Shown here in pieces: positions 17,858 through 28,035 of a DNA stretch of 39,464 bases (its first letter is position 1; each line of letters begins with the position of its first letter). The DNA is from Candidatus Heimdallarchaeota archaeon (lineage in GTDB: Archaea; Asgardarchaeota; Heimdallarchaeia; Hodarchaeales; Hodarchaeaceae): NCBI GenBank assembly GCA_048881705.1, contig JBHLSH010000030.1, forward strand, positions 1-39,464. Reading direction: 5' to 3'. A program made the position numbers and the translations under genes. The notes beneath the pieces are model-generated. The model was not told the origin of the DNA. It saw only the letters and a program-made list of their open reading frames with translations, and ran no database searches.

Positions 17858-18961
17858 CTATATGTGAAAGCTTGAAATGAAATTTCCTTCCAAAGTCTGG
17901 AATTTAGTAAATAGATTGGCAGTCAGACATGAATGAACGGGTAGGATAACAAGGACATCTCCGTATTTTATTCCTTTGATAAATTCTTTAGGTGCTTTAA
18001 TTACGCCGTGTTCTTGAGAAATATTTGAAACATATACGTCCTCCAGTGAAGCTCCCCATGTAGACTCTGAGAAGACGGCGACTTTTCCGAATGCGAGGTC
18101 CCCACTGGCAAGTCGAAGGGTTTCTTTAGAGAGGTGAACAGCTCCTCCATGAACAACGATCTCTCCACGATCCAGGTTTTTTGCGATAACGGGACAGGCT
18201 ACTCCTATTGCAATATCTTCCTCCCGTGCTGCACCCAACGCGACTTGTGTCAAGTCATAAAAAACGAAACTTCCTGGCCGAATTTCATCAACCTTCCCAA
18301 AATCATCAACCAAGCTCATCGAGGGAGTGTCCCCGACTGAAATTTCAATATTGTATGCTCCTATTGCTTCTAAATGCGTTTTTACCTCATTCATTCGTTC
18401 AACGGAACTCTTATATACCTCCCAAATTTGTTGAGGGGAAGATGCCTTGTATGTTTGACCAGCATGAGTTAGAATGCCCTTAAATTCAAATTGTTCTCTT
18501 TTAATAATCGATTCATGAAGCATGGAGAGGTTAGTGTGATCCTCCCATGAAACGCCAGTCCTCAGATCACCCACATCAATTTCAATCCATACTCCAATTT
18601 CGTTCTCAATAAAAAGGGCTAAATCATCAATAACTGAGGGAGACTCGACAAGAATATTAAGGTGGCAATGTCCAGCCAACTGGTCAATCTCTTTGGACAG
18701 TAACGGATTACAGGGGATTGCTATTGTAATATCTCTCCAATCAGCCTTCTGAAAGTACCACGCCATATCCATAGAAGAGACGGTAATGGCTGAAACACCA
18801 ACATCTTTGAACCATTCTCCAACTTCTCGGCTTTGATGGGTCTTGAAATGCGGTCGAAACCTGACTCCTTTTGCTTTTGCCTTTTGCGTCATTTCAATGA
18901 TATTTTTCTTTGCTTTCCTTACATTTAATAATAGTGTGGGTTTGTTTACGACAGGGATCAA
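17858..18961 (-). CDS. Fold-type III PLP enzyme, DSD1 / D-threonine aldolase / D-serine dehydratase-like
   Basis: FRPHFKTH (PLP Lys), IEIDVG..RTG, LTHAG, SVGDTP, EIRPGSFVFYD, SQEHG and PVHSC motifs. Confidence 0.88.
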   Translation of the reverse strand: MIPVVNKPTLLLNVRKAKKNIIEMTQKAKAKGVRFRPHFKTHQSREVGEWFKDVGVSAITVSSMDMAWYFQKADWRDITIAIPCNPLLSKEIDQLAGHCHLNILVESPSVIDDLALFIENEIGVWIEIDVGDLRTGVSWEDHTNLSMLHESIIKREQFEFKGILTHAGQTYKASSPQQIWEVYKSSVERMNEVKTHLEAIGAYNIEISVGDTPSMSLVDDFGKVDEIRPGSFVFYDLTQVALGAAREEDIAIGVACPVIAKNLDRGEIVVHGGAVHLSKETLRLASGDLAFGKVAVFSESTWGASLEDVYVSNISQEHGVIKAPKEFIKGIKYGDVLVILPVHSCLTANLFTKFQTLEGNFISSFHI

Positions 18962-19072
18962 CAGATTTCACCACTGTGTCTCTACGTTTACCGATTTAAT
19001 AATTTTTATTTTGGAACCTATGGAGAATCGGTAGCATTACGGTAAACAATAAGCATGGAGTAGGTCCCTAAC

Positions 19073-20599
19073 ATGTCTGTCCAAAGTGCGTACAAGGAAT
19101 TACTGGCCCTTTACAGGGAATATGAGATTCTAAACCAAGCAGTTTCCATTCTAGAATGGGATTTTGAAACATATATGCCAGAAAAAGGTGTAGATCAGCG
19201 ATCTGAACAACTTGCATTACTTGCTGCTCTGGTACACGATAGAATTACCAATCCGCACATCGGGGAGCTTCTAAATGAAGTTAAAGCCTCTTCCGAGTAT
19301 GAATTCATGAATTCTTATGAGAAAAGGAATATCTATTTGCTCGAACGTGATCACACAAAGGCCATTCGCCTCCCCAGGGAATTTATTGAAGAATATGCTC
19401 GACAAACTACTATTGGTGTTCATATATGGAAACGTGCCAAAAAAGAGAAGAATTTCGAGATATTTAAACCAGAATTAAAAAAAATCATTGAACTAGTGAA
19501 AAAACGGGCATCTTTACTTGACCCAGAAAAGGCTCCATATAATGTCTTGCTTGATGAATATGAACCAGGAATGACCCAAGAAGTATATACACAGATCTTT
19601 CAGGATCTTAAGATAGGGCTGCTACCCATCATTGAGAAATGCGTTACAGCCCCCAATAAACCAGACCCTACTGTACTGCGTCGAAACTGTCCCATTTCTA
19701 TTCAACGGAAGCTTTCAGAGGATTTATCGTCAGTAGTGGACTACGATCTAACAAGGGGGCGAATCGATGAAACTGAACATCCATTTACAACTGGATACAT
19801 GGATGATGTACGCATAACGACGCATTACTACGAGGATGACTTTACCAATTCTTTTTTTTCCGTCCTCCACGAGGCGGGTCACGGGATTTACGAACAAAAC
19901 CTAGATTCGGAATTGAAGTACCAACCAGTTGGCGCCTCGGCTTCTTATGGACTCCATGAATCGCAATCACGCCTTATTGAGAATGTAATCGGCAGATCCC
20001 CTGAATTTTGGGATTTCTATTATCCCCGATTGATACAGCATACCGGGAATCTCTTCAAAGATCTAGAGCCGCAAATCCTATATCGGGCTATCAACAATGT
20101 ACAGAGATCGAAGATCCGCGTAGAAGCAGACGAAATGACCTATTGCCTTCATATTATTATTCGGTTTGAAATTGAAAGGGATTTAATGGCTGGGAAGATT
20201 AAAGTGGATCAACTCCCTGAAATATGGAACAAGAAATACAAGGATTACCTAGGGGTAGAAATTCAAAATGATTCAGAGGGGGTCATGCAAGATACTCATT
20301 GGGCTGGAGGTTTGCTTGGATATTTTCCAACCTATGCCTTAGGATCCCTTTATAATGCACAAATGTTACATTCCATCAAAAAAGATTTGACTGACTACTC
20401 AGATTTGCTGAGGAAAGGAAATCTCTCCCCAATTATTTTGTGGTTGAAAGAGAAGATCCATTCACAAGGGAAGCTTTACGATCCCTCAGAATTTATTGAA
20501 AGGATCACAGGAGAAAGTATGAACGCAAAATACTTTTTAGAATACCTGGAGGAGAAATACTCCTCGATCTATGGTTGGGAATTCCAAGGTGGGCATTAG
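19073..20599 (+). CDS. Carboxypeptidase, M32 family
   Basis: HEAGH, HESQS, HPF, IRVEADE, QDTHW and GYFPTYALG motifs. Confidence 0.95.
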   Translation: MSVQSAYKELLALYREYEILNQAVSILEWDFETYMPEKGVDQRSEQLALLAALVHDRITNPHIGELLNEVKASSEYEFMNSYEKRNIYLLERDHTKAIRLPREFIEEYARQTTIGVHIWKRAKKEKNFEIFKPELKKIIELVKKRASLLDPEKAPYNVLLDEYEPGMTQEVYTQIFQDLKIGLLPIIEKCVTAPNKPDPTVLRRNCPISIQRKLSEDLSSVVDYDLTRGRIDETEHPFTTGYMDDVRITTHYYEDDFTNSFFSVLHEAGHGIYEQNLDSELKYQPVGASASYGLHESQSRLIENVIGRSPEFWDFYYPRLIQHTGNLFKDLEPQILYRAINNVQRSKIRVEADEMTYCLHIIIRFEIERDLMAGKIKVDQLPEIWNKKYKDYLGVEIQNDSEGVMQDTHWAGGLLGYFPTYALGSLYNAQMLHSIKKDLTDYSDLLRKGNLSPIILWLKEKIHSQGKLYDPSEFIERITGESMNAKYFLEYLEEKYSSIYGWEFQGGH

Positions 20600-20911
20600 C
20601 TCATCAGAAACCAAGTTCTTATTGATTATCGTGAGTTGCAGGATAGTTAAAATATTCGTTGGTGGCAATGTTTAACCTAATAGATTCTTGATCATATGCG
20701 CTCCCAAAAAAAAGATGCCATACCTACAAAGGTTTTAAAAAATCTCATAAAAATAAGGCTTTTATTAATTACAGGTTTCTTCAATAATGAAGTACCCGGA
20801 TGCTTGGATCGAAAAGGAGTCTCATATAACATGAGAATTTAGCTTCCAAGCCATTTTGGCTTTCGGTTATTTTTATTGTTTGGTTTTTTCGATAGACCTA
20901 TGTGATTTCAG

Positions 20912-22570
20912 ATGAGTGGTGAAAAAAAATACGTTGTTGTTACAGGCGGAGTATTATCAGGGCTGGGCAAAGGATTATTGGCTGCTTCGGTGTGTAAGCT
21001 CCTAAATGAGTCTGGATACGTAGTCCACCCTATCAAGTTTGATGGTTACCTTAATGTGGATGCTGGAACGATTAATCCCTTCAAGCATGGCGAAGTATTT
21101 GTCCTGGAGGATGGAACCGAGTGTGACATGGATCTCGGAACTTATGAACGGTTTCTCAATATTTCTTTGGACTCTTGGAGTAGTTTAACCGGTGGACGGA
21201 TTTTCAAAGAGATTATTGAGAAAGAAAGAAGGGGGGAATTTTTGGGACAAGATATTCAGTTTATCCCACATGTCATTAACGAAATCATCCTCTGGATTCA
21301 ACAAAAAGACGCTGAATCTGATATCACATTAATTGAAGTTGGGGGAACGGTTGGGGATATCGAAAACGCATATTTCATAGAAGCACTACGTCAACATCGT
21401 CTTCGACTAGGGCCATCCAATTTTTGCTGGATACATGTTACTCTGGTTCCAGTACTAAAGGTGGTTGGTGAACAGAAGACGAAACCAACTCAAACTAGTG
21501 TTCGAACACTACAGGGAATGGGGGTACAACCAGATATTTTGGTATGTCGTTCTGAGGAGCCAATTTCGCCCGAAGTGCGAAAGAAGGTTGCATTATTTTG
21601 TAATGTGCCCGTAAGTAATGTCATTTCCGGTCATGACATTTCCCTCATCTATGAATACCCCTTTCGTCTGATGGAGGAAGAGATCCTCACCGTCATATTT
21701 AATACATTGCGTATGGGCCCACGTCGGATGCCAGATCTGGTACCGTGGAGAAATCTCGTTGAGAATATAAAAAATCCAATTCATGAAGTTGTGGTTGGAA
21801 TAGGAGGAAAATATACAGCTCTCGAAGACGCGTATGTTTCCATAATCAAGGCATTAACACATGCAGGAGCTAAATTGGGTATTAAGGTAAATCCGATCTA
21901 TATAGAAACCACTGGCATTGATCGGAGAGCTATTCAGAAATCTCTTGGTATATGCGATGCTGTCATAATCCCAGGAGGATTTGGTGTACGGGGGACCGAG
22001 GGAAAAATCGATCTGATTCAAGAAGTAAGGGAAAAAAGTATTCCTTTCTTAGGAATATGCTTGGGTCTCCAGTGTGCAGTCATTGAGTTCAGTAGAAACG
22101 TGGTTGGATTAGAAAAGGCCAATTCAACTGAGTTTGATGCTGATACACCCCATCCTGTGGTCGCAATGCTACCCTCACAACGAACTGTCTATAAGAAAGG
22201 TGGAACTATGCGGTTGGGTACATATCCGATCTTAATCAAACCCAATTCGCTGGCGAGAAAGATTTACAATAATGAAGTTGTGAATGAACGTTTTCGACAC
22301 CGATATGAAATTAACCCCGATTACGTTTCACAGATAGAATCCAGAGGCTTTGAATTCTCTGGATTATCAAGTGATAGAAGTGTAATACACATTGGGGAAA
22401 TTCCTACTCATCCGTTCTTTATTGGGGTTCAATACCATCCTGAATTTTTATCTAGATTTGAAAACCCGCATCCCCTGTTTGTAAGTTTAGTAGAAGCAGC
22501 TAATATCTGCAAACAACAACGAATTACGGGAAAAACAAAAGACGAAGAGCCTGTAGTTTTGATAGAATAG
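20912..22570 (+). CDS. pyrG: CTP synthase
   Basis: [38 protein letters not shown] (catalytic Cys), RHRYE and HPEF motifs. Confidence 0.98.
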   Translation: MSGEKKYVVVTGGVLSGLGKGLLAASVCKLLNESGYVVHPIKFDGYLNVDAGTINPFKHGEVFVLEDGTECDMDLGTYERFLNISLDSWSSLTGGRIFKEIIEKERRGEFLGQDIQFIPHVINEIILWIQQKDAESDITLIEVGGTVGDIENAYFIEALRQHRLRLGPSNFCWIHVTLVPVLKVVGEQKTKPTQTSVRTLQGMGVQPDILVCRSEEPISPEVRKKVALFCNVPVSNVISGHDISLIYEYPFRLMEEEILTVIFNTLRMGPRRMPDLVPWRNLVENIKNPIHEVVVGIGGKYTALEDAYVSIIKALTHAGAKLGIKVNPIYIETTGIDRRAIQKSLGICDAVIIPGGFGVRGTEGKIDLIQEVREKSIPFLGICLGLQCAVIEFSRNVVGLEKANSTEFDADTPHPVVAMLPSQRTVYKKGGTMRLGTYPILIKPNSLARKIYNNEVVNERFRHRYEINPDYVSQIESRGFEFSGLSSDRSVIHIGEIPTHPFFIGVQYHPEFLSRFENPHPLFVSLVEAANICKQQRITGKTKDEEPVVLIE

Positions 22571-22672
22571 TTTTTGTCCTTTTGATGGTATATAGAACTG
22601 AACAATACTTGCGAATAAAGTCTCCATTGGATTAAAATTATTAAGGGAACCTGGGGATTTCAATTAGTAGTT

Positions 22673-23239
22673 TTGCTCTCCCTTAGGATTTGGATTGAAA
22701 TGAAAAAGCATCCTGAAGGTAATCTCTTTGGACGCCTCTCAGCGGAAGAGGAAACCATTGAAATAAGACAGCTCGCTTCAAAAGTACGTCAATTGCAAAA
22801 TCAGCTCAAAATAAGTGATAGAATAGCCCAAGATGTCAAGGAACGAATTGAGGACTCTTTTGAAAAAGCTCAAAGCAGTATCCAACTAATAGGAGGCTCG
22901 GAAGACGATTTAGCGAAAATTTGGGGTTATAATTTTGGAGCAGTTCTCTATGAATACCTCTCCCAGCGCGATTCTGATGAGAGTCGACAAGCGTTATCAT
23001 TCATAAAAATGCAACTAGGCTTTGAACTAAACACCAAAATTGGATCTGAATTACAATTTTCGAGCTTTGTGCTGGGAATGGGCCTTCGATTCATGAAAGG
23101 ATTTGAGAAATTAAAAGAAAACCTGATAGCTTTAGAGGATGCGCTTAATCGGTTTGAGAACCGTGAATATATGCATGATGAAAGCAATGAAAGTACAGGA
23201 AAAGATCTTTTTGGACGGGAACAATCTCATTCGGATTAA
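22673..23239 (+). CDS. Hypothetical helical/coiled-coil protein (start probably ATG 22700)
   Basis: 188-aa ORF with heptad-like segments at both ends. Confidence 0.65.
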   Translation: MLSLRIWIEMKKHPEGNLFGRLSAEEETIEIRQLASKVRQLQNQLKISDRIAQDVKERIEDSFEKAQSSIQLIGGSEDDLAKIWGYNFGAVLYEYLSQRDSDESRQALSFIKMQLGFELNTKIGSELQFSSFVLGMGLRFMKGFEKLKENLIALEDALNRFENREYMHDESNESTGKDLFGREQSHSD

Positions 23240-23316
23240 CTACCGGAGAAAACTTATCTATTGTGCGATGACATTCATTCTTTTTGTATTGACTTAGATT
23301 TGTTTGGAAGAGTTCA

Positions 23317-23742
23317 ATGGTAGGCCATCAGAGCATAACGCCAGGAAACGTCTGTCTTTTACATAAATGTCATCACTGCTGTAAAGAAACAGAAATGATT
23401 CTTTCGAAAGCGGATATTGACCGAATTTCCAAATCAACCAGTTTAAGGCCTTTGGATTTTTCATTTATCAACAGCGAAGGCCACAAGGTTCTACAAAATG
23501 AAGTGAAACGCGTTAAGGGCGATGAAGGGGAATACTGCGTCTTTCTAAATACAGAAGGCAAATGTACCATTTACTCAAATCGACCTAATGGGTGTAGATT
23601 TTATCCTGTGATCTGGGATCATTCTGGTCACCTTGCGATCCTAGATGATTATTGCCCATATGCTTCTCATTTCGATCCACCAGGAAAGAAAATAGAGAAC
23701 GCCTTGGAAACATTTATTCTGAAGATTTACGGATTGATTTAA
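23317..23742 (+). CDS. YkgJ-family Cys-cluster (putative Fe-S/Zn) protein
   Basis: C...CHHCC, CVFL, CTIYSNRPNGCRFYP and a terminal CP. Confidence 0.88.
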   Translation: MVGHQSITPGNVCLLHKCHHCCKETEMILSKADIDRISKSTSLRPLDFSFINSEGHKVLQNEVKRVKGDEGEYCVFLNTEGKCTIYSNRPNGCRFYPVIWDHSGHLAILDDYCPYASHFDPPGKKIENALETFILKIYGLI

Positions 23743-26189
23743 AGAAAAGGTTTACTGCGGAAACCAAATTCAAGATTGGCGATTTTACCCGAAAAAACTT
23801 CATATATGGATTATCAAGCCAAAATTGTTCAAGTCCATATCTATTGGTGAATCAACGAGTGGTCTATTTCGATACAAAACGCATATCTAGCCTGGAATCA
23901 TTTTATGAATCAACAATTCCCGAATTAGCAAGATATTTTGAAAATGGGTTGAGAGAGGAAATCTCTCATATTATAGACGGAGCTAACGAATCTAGGTTAA
24001 TAAATCTGGAGTTATGGTTACACTCCAAAGGTTTTGATCAGGAAGATCTTGCGACTTGGTTACCGATATTATCTAAGGAAATTGCTTTTTCTTTAACTAA
24101 TCGGATTCTCTTGATCAAGCTGGCAGAAATCCGAGGAATCCAGATCGAACCAATCCAATCTTTCCTTAGATGGATAGATTTGGAAGATGAACAGGTTGTG
24201 GCTAAAGTCCATAAAATGGTTTCATCTTTTTATATGACCAATTTTAAAGGAGCAAGATTATACAAGTGCTATGAGAAGTTCCTCACAGACGTTGAGCGGA
24301 AGGAACTCGGTCTTTATACGACGCCCGATTACGTTATTAGGTTTATCCTTAACTTCTGTCTAAATTTTGTTAGCTGGAAGGAATTAATAATCAATTCCTC
24401 CTTTAGAATCTTGGATCCAGCCTGCGGCAGCGGTGGATTTCTAATAGAAGCATATGACATCTTATTTTCAGGATTGGCTGAAAATGGTGATTTAAGTGAT
24501 GATAAGAAAGACTTTAGTTTGGTAGAATGTCTTTTCGGACTCGACATAGAATCTTTCCCACTTCAGTTCGCGATTCTGAATCTATTATTGAAAAAGCAAG
24601 ACCTTTCTTTATCTAAAGTGAATATTGCATATGGAAATGCTCTCAACGATATTTTAACTCCAGGAGGGAACTCGTGTCCTAGAACTTCTGATTCAGATTT
24701 ATTTTGTAGAGACTATGATTTGGTTGTTGGTAATCCTCCTTATTTTCTTCTCTCAGGTCAAAAAACTCGTGGTTCAAAGGGAAGGGCATATCATACATCC
24801 CATGTTCCCAAATCTAGTCTGGAGTATTATAGAGCAAGATTTCAATCCTGGCCGCATGATAATCGAAACGCAAACATTTTTTACTTATTTATAGAGCAGG
24901 GGATCCGAGTATTGAAGGAAGGGGGGATACTCGGATTTATTGTTCCAGATATCATATTGGCGGGACTTAGCGCTTGGAACAGCCGAAGGAACATATTGAA
25001 AACATGTAAAATCAGGAGCTTAGTCATTCTGGATGGGAAAGTATTCTCGGAAGGGGGGATCAGCAATATTATTATATTCTTGGAAAAATGTAGGAGCCGT
25101 GATGCCCGATCCTTCAATTTCGTTAAAATAATCCACACCTCTCCTAGTGAGATCAAGTCTAATGACGAAAGGGGGAGTTATTCTACTTTTATTGATCCAT
25201 CAACTGAAGTTTCTCAACAAATCTTCGAAAATAATCCGTATAATGTCTTTTCGGTCAATCTAAAACTTGAAACAACCCCAATCTTTCAGAAAATGATCGA
25301 AAGGGTTGCACGAGGAGAATTAATTCGATTAAAAGACGTCTGTACGATCCGACGTGGAATAGAAAATCTCAGTAAGAGAAAAACACTCCCCTACCCTCCA
25401 AACAAAGGATTTGAATCCCATAAGGTGATTGCTGGGGATAATATTGATAGATTTAGAATTGTATGGAAAAGAGGGTCTTTCTCAGGTCAATATATTGACT
25501 TGAGTAAGCTTAAAAATTCAAAGGTTAAAGTCAAACCACTTGGCTGGTACCTACAAAAAAAAATAGTTATCAAAAGAGTAAGCTCCAGTATTATCGCCGC
25601 AATCGACGATAGAGAAAATTTCCTTACTCTAGATTCTGTTCAAATGCTTTGGTTAAAGCCTGAATTTAGAAATGAGTATCAGATGGAGACAATTCTTGCC
25701 ATTCTGAATTCAAATCTTATTAATTTTTATTATAAATCTCTATTTTCCTACAAACGTCTTTTTGCAAGGGTACAGAAAGTCTTTTTGGAAGAACTCCCCA
25801 TACCTAATAACATTGCCCTAGATAGGCAGATCAGAATATCTAATCTCGTAAAAAAAATCCGATTTGGTTCCAATGAGGATTTAAATAAAGCAACTAGAGA
25901 ACTTAATCAATTAATTAACAAACTATATTTCTCTGATCCTGTACTATTAAAGATTTGTTCAGGTATTTCTCAGTATCCATTGACATTACGGGAACTCCCT
26001 GGTCTAGGTCCCAGAGCGTATTATCAGTTGGCATTGCAGGGAATTAGGAACATAAAGGATTTGGTTGGAAAAGATCCTTTAAATCTAGCAAATAAACTGA
26101 ACGGGATCAATCAACGGACAATCGTAAGATGGCAGGAAAAGGGAAAAGAAATCTTGAAACTAATATCATCCCCCTTTGAGGAACCTTGA
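23652..26189 (+). CDS. Gamma-class N6-adenine DNA methyltransferase with TaqI-like TRD and C-terminal helix-hairpin-helix domain (true start likely TTG/GTG at 23844-23859)
   Basis: GLYTTP, ILDPACGSGGFL, GNPPY, KIVIKR...ILNS, and C-terminal LRELPGLGP...LALQGIRNIKDL (HhH). Confidence 0.9.
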   Translation: MPICFSFRSTRKENRERLGNIYSEDLRIDLKKRFTAETKFKIGDFTRKNFIYGLSSQNCSSPYLLVNQRVVYFDTKRISSLESFYESTIPELARYFENGLREEISHIIDGANESRLINLELWLHSKGFDQEDLATWLPILSKEIAFSLTNRILLIKLAEIRGIQIEPIQSFLRWIDLEDEQVVAKVHKMVSSFYMTNFKGARLYKCYEKFLTDVERKELGLYTTPDYVIRFILNFCLNFVSWKELIINSSFRILDPACGSGGFLIEAYDILFSGLAENGDLSDDKKDFSLVECLFGLDIESFPLQFAILNLLLKKQDLSLSKVNIAYGNALNDILTPGGNSCPRTSDSDLFCRDYDLVVGNPPYFLLSGQKTRGSKGRAYHTSHVPKSSLEYYRARFQSWPHDNRNANIFYLFIEQGIRVLKEGGILGFIVPDIILAGLSAWNSRRNILKTCKIRSLVILDGKVFSEGGISNIIIFLEKCRSRDARSFNFVKIIHTSPSEIKSNDERGSYSTFIDPSTEVSQQIFENNPYNVFSVNLKLETTPIFQKMIERVARGELIRLKDVCTIRRGIENLSKRKTLPYPPNKGFESHKVIAGDNIDRFRIVWKRGSFSGQYIDLSKLKNSKVKVKPLGWYLQKKIVIKRVSSSIIAAIDDRENFLTLDSVQMLWLKPEFRNEYQMETILAILNSNLINFYYKSLFSYKRLFARVQKVFLEELPIPNNIALDRQIRISNLVKKIRFGSNEDLNKATRELNQLINKLYFSDPVLLKICSGISQYPLTLRELPGLGPRAYYQLALQGIRNIKDLVGKDPLNLANKLNGINQRTIVRWQEKGKEILKLISSPFEEP

Positions 26190-26444
26190 GGGATTCTTTC
26201 CCGCTATTATTCGGTTTTGATAGCATCGTCGAAATTGTTTCCAATTTAAGGACATAAAAGTAGCTTTTCTCTTATCTTAACACATTTCCATTTGATTTCA
26301 TTCTAGAAAAAGGAATTTGAACCAAGATTGGATAGAAGGAAATCTATTAAGGAAACCAGACCTAGAATAATACAAACTCTTTATTACCCGAGCCCTACTG
26401 GGCAAGAATAGAAAAATTATCGGTATTATATCCAAACTCATCAT

Positions 26445-27017
26445 TTGGAGAAAAAGACGGTGACAACGCGAGATCAATTATCTCAGTTATCCGAAGCTAA
26501 GCTTCATGAAGTTTTGGAGGAGAAGAAGCAAATTCTGGAACGAAATCAAGCAAAAAACCGGCGCGTTCAATCATTACTTAAACGTAAAATTGCCCAAAGA
26601 CAAGAGATCGTAAGTGATCTGCAAACCAAAATCAATGAAAAACTTTCTGGGAACCCAGACTTGAAATATTTGCTAAACAGCCACGATTTCGATAAAAAGG
26701 CCGAAGAATTGAGAAGAAATATAGTTTCTTTTAGAAACATGATTATAGAGCTTGAAAACCATAAAAAGAATTTAGCTAGACAAGCCACTATATTAAGAGA
26801 AACTGTAGACATTCTTAATTCTAGACAGAAAACCCTACAAGCAGATATCGAAGCTCAAAAAGGAGAAGTGGAATCTCTTTCAACGGCGGATTCAAATCAC
26901 GATGAAGGCTATGATTTGACTCAGATTTCGCGAGAATATGATGAAATTAACGAGAAAATGAAAATACTGGATGAGAATATTGGCGAGTTAAAAAAACAGA
27001 TACACGGGGGTTCCTAG
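26445..27017 (+). CDS. Long coiled-coil protein
   Basis: Near-continuous heptad pattern rich in E/K/Q/L; TTG start. Confidence 0.7.
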   Translation: MEKKTVTTRDQLSQLSEAKLHEVLEEKKQILERNQAKNRRVQSLLKRKIAQRQEIVSDLQTKINEKLSGNPDLKYLLNSHDFDKKAEELRRNIVSFRNMIIELENHKKNLARQATILRETVDILNSRQKTLQADIEAQKGEVESLSTADSNHDEGYDLTQISREYDEINEKMKILDENIGELKKQIHGGS

Positions 27018-27043
27018 TCCTGAATGATAAGGCTACAGAGATA

Positions 27044-28006
27044 ATGACCCTTGAAACGAGAATCCAAGAAGATTTATTGGATCATCTCCAAAGAAAAGCC
27101 TTATTAACTCAAGAGCTAACTGATCTTGGTGATAGGGAAAAAAAGATGAGAGAGATATTGTTGAAATTTCAACAACACGCCGTTCTGGGAGAAATAGAGC
27201 AGGATATTGATTTTTCTATCTCAGAATTGACTGAAGAGAAAAATGAATTATCTAAGAGATTAAATAAGTTACAAGATGATATTTTATACATAAAGGAGGT
27301 CATTTCGAAACTAGAGGTTGCGAAAAAGGATTTAGAGGAATCTATTATAATCCTGCAGCAGCAAAAGAACGATTTTACCGAAGAACTTGGCAAACTGCGG
27401 GGACATCAACATTCTTCAAAAAAAGTTGGCATGAAGGTTAAAAGCCAAAAACAGCGACTTCATAAGCTCAAGAAGAGGTTTGAAGATCAAAATCAGATCA
27501 AAAAGAATTTAGAATCGATTATCGGCAGCCTTGAGATTATCGAGAGAGTGATTGCCTATTATTGGCCGTTAACAGAAGGGAAAAAGACTGAAATTGATGA
27601 TATACCAAATAAAATCGATCCTAATATCATAGAAAAGATAATTGAAGCTAATAAAACGTTTCACGAGGCCAAACTCAAATTCGACTCGAATTCTCCTATC
27701 CCTTTTCTCGTTGATGCCGATAAAGCATACCGCCAGTCCATAGAGGCTTTAATTAGATTATCAGAAAGGCTTCCTGACAATTTAATTAAAAAAGAATTCA
27801 GCACGCAGGTCTTAACGATTGTAAGCTCGGGTTTCAGTTTGAATACACGGCATTTAAACTCTGTACGGTCAATGATTGAGAAACTGGAATCTGGCCTAGA
27901 AATTTCTCCACTAGCTTCATTCGCCAATGAAATTAAGGAATATTTCGAATCTAATCTGACTCTCCTACGAATACCTGGTTCACCGATATCCTTGAATAAT
28001 AGATGA
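27044..28006 (+). CDS. Coiled-coil protein with a globular helical C-terminal domain
   Basis: About 175 aa of heptads, then a ~130-aa helical domain (EANKTFHEAK...ADKAYRQSIEALI). Confidence 0.75.
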   Translation: MTLETRIQEDLLDHLQRKALLTQELTDLGDREKKMREILLKFQQHAVLGEIEQDIDFSISELTEEKNELSKRLNKLQDDILYIKEVISKLEVAKKDLEESIIILQQQKNDFTEELGKLRGHQHSSKKVGMKVKSQKQRLHKLKKRFEDQNQIKKNLESIIGSLEIIERVIAYYWPLTEGKKTEIDDIPNKIDPNIIEKIIEANKTFHEAKLKFDSNSPIPFLVDADKAYRQSIEALIRLSERLPDNLIKKEFSTQVLTIVSSGFSLNTRHLNSVRSMIEKLESGLEISPLASFANEIKEYFESNLTLLRIPGSPISLNNR

Positions 28007-28035
28007 CATGAATTGAATGGATTTCCATTTAGACC

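Noticed and set aside
20600-20911. pyrG leader with short hairpins (AAGCCA-TTT-TGGCTT), considered as an attenuator or riboswitch
   Set aside because: Stems are weak and match no structure I recognise; an Rfam scan would be needed.
23652-23843. 5' extension of the second methyltransferase overlapping ykgJ by about 90 nt
   Set aside because: Likely a longest-ORF artefact; TTG/GTG starts at 23844-23859 avoid the overlap.
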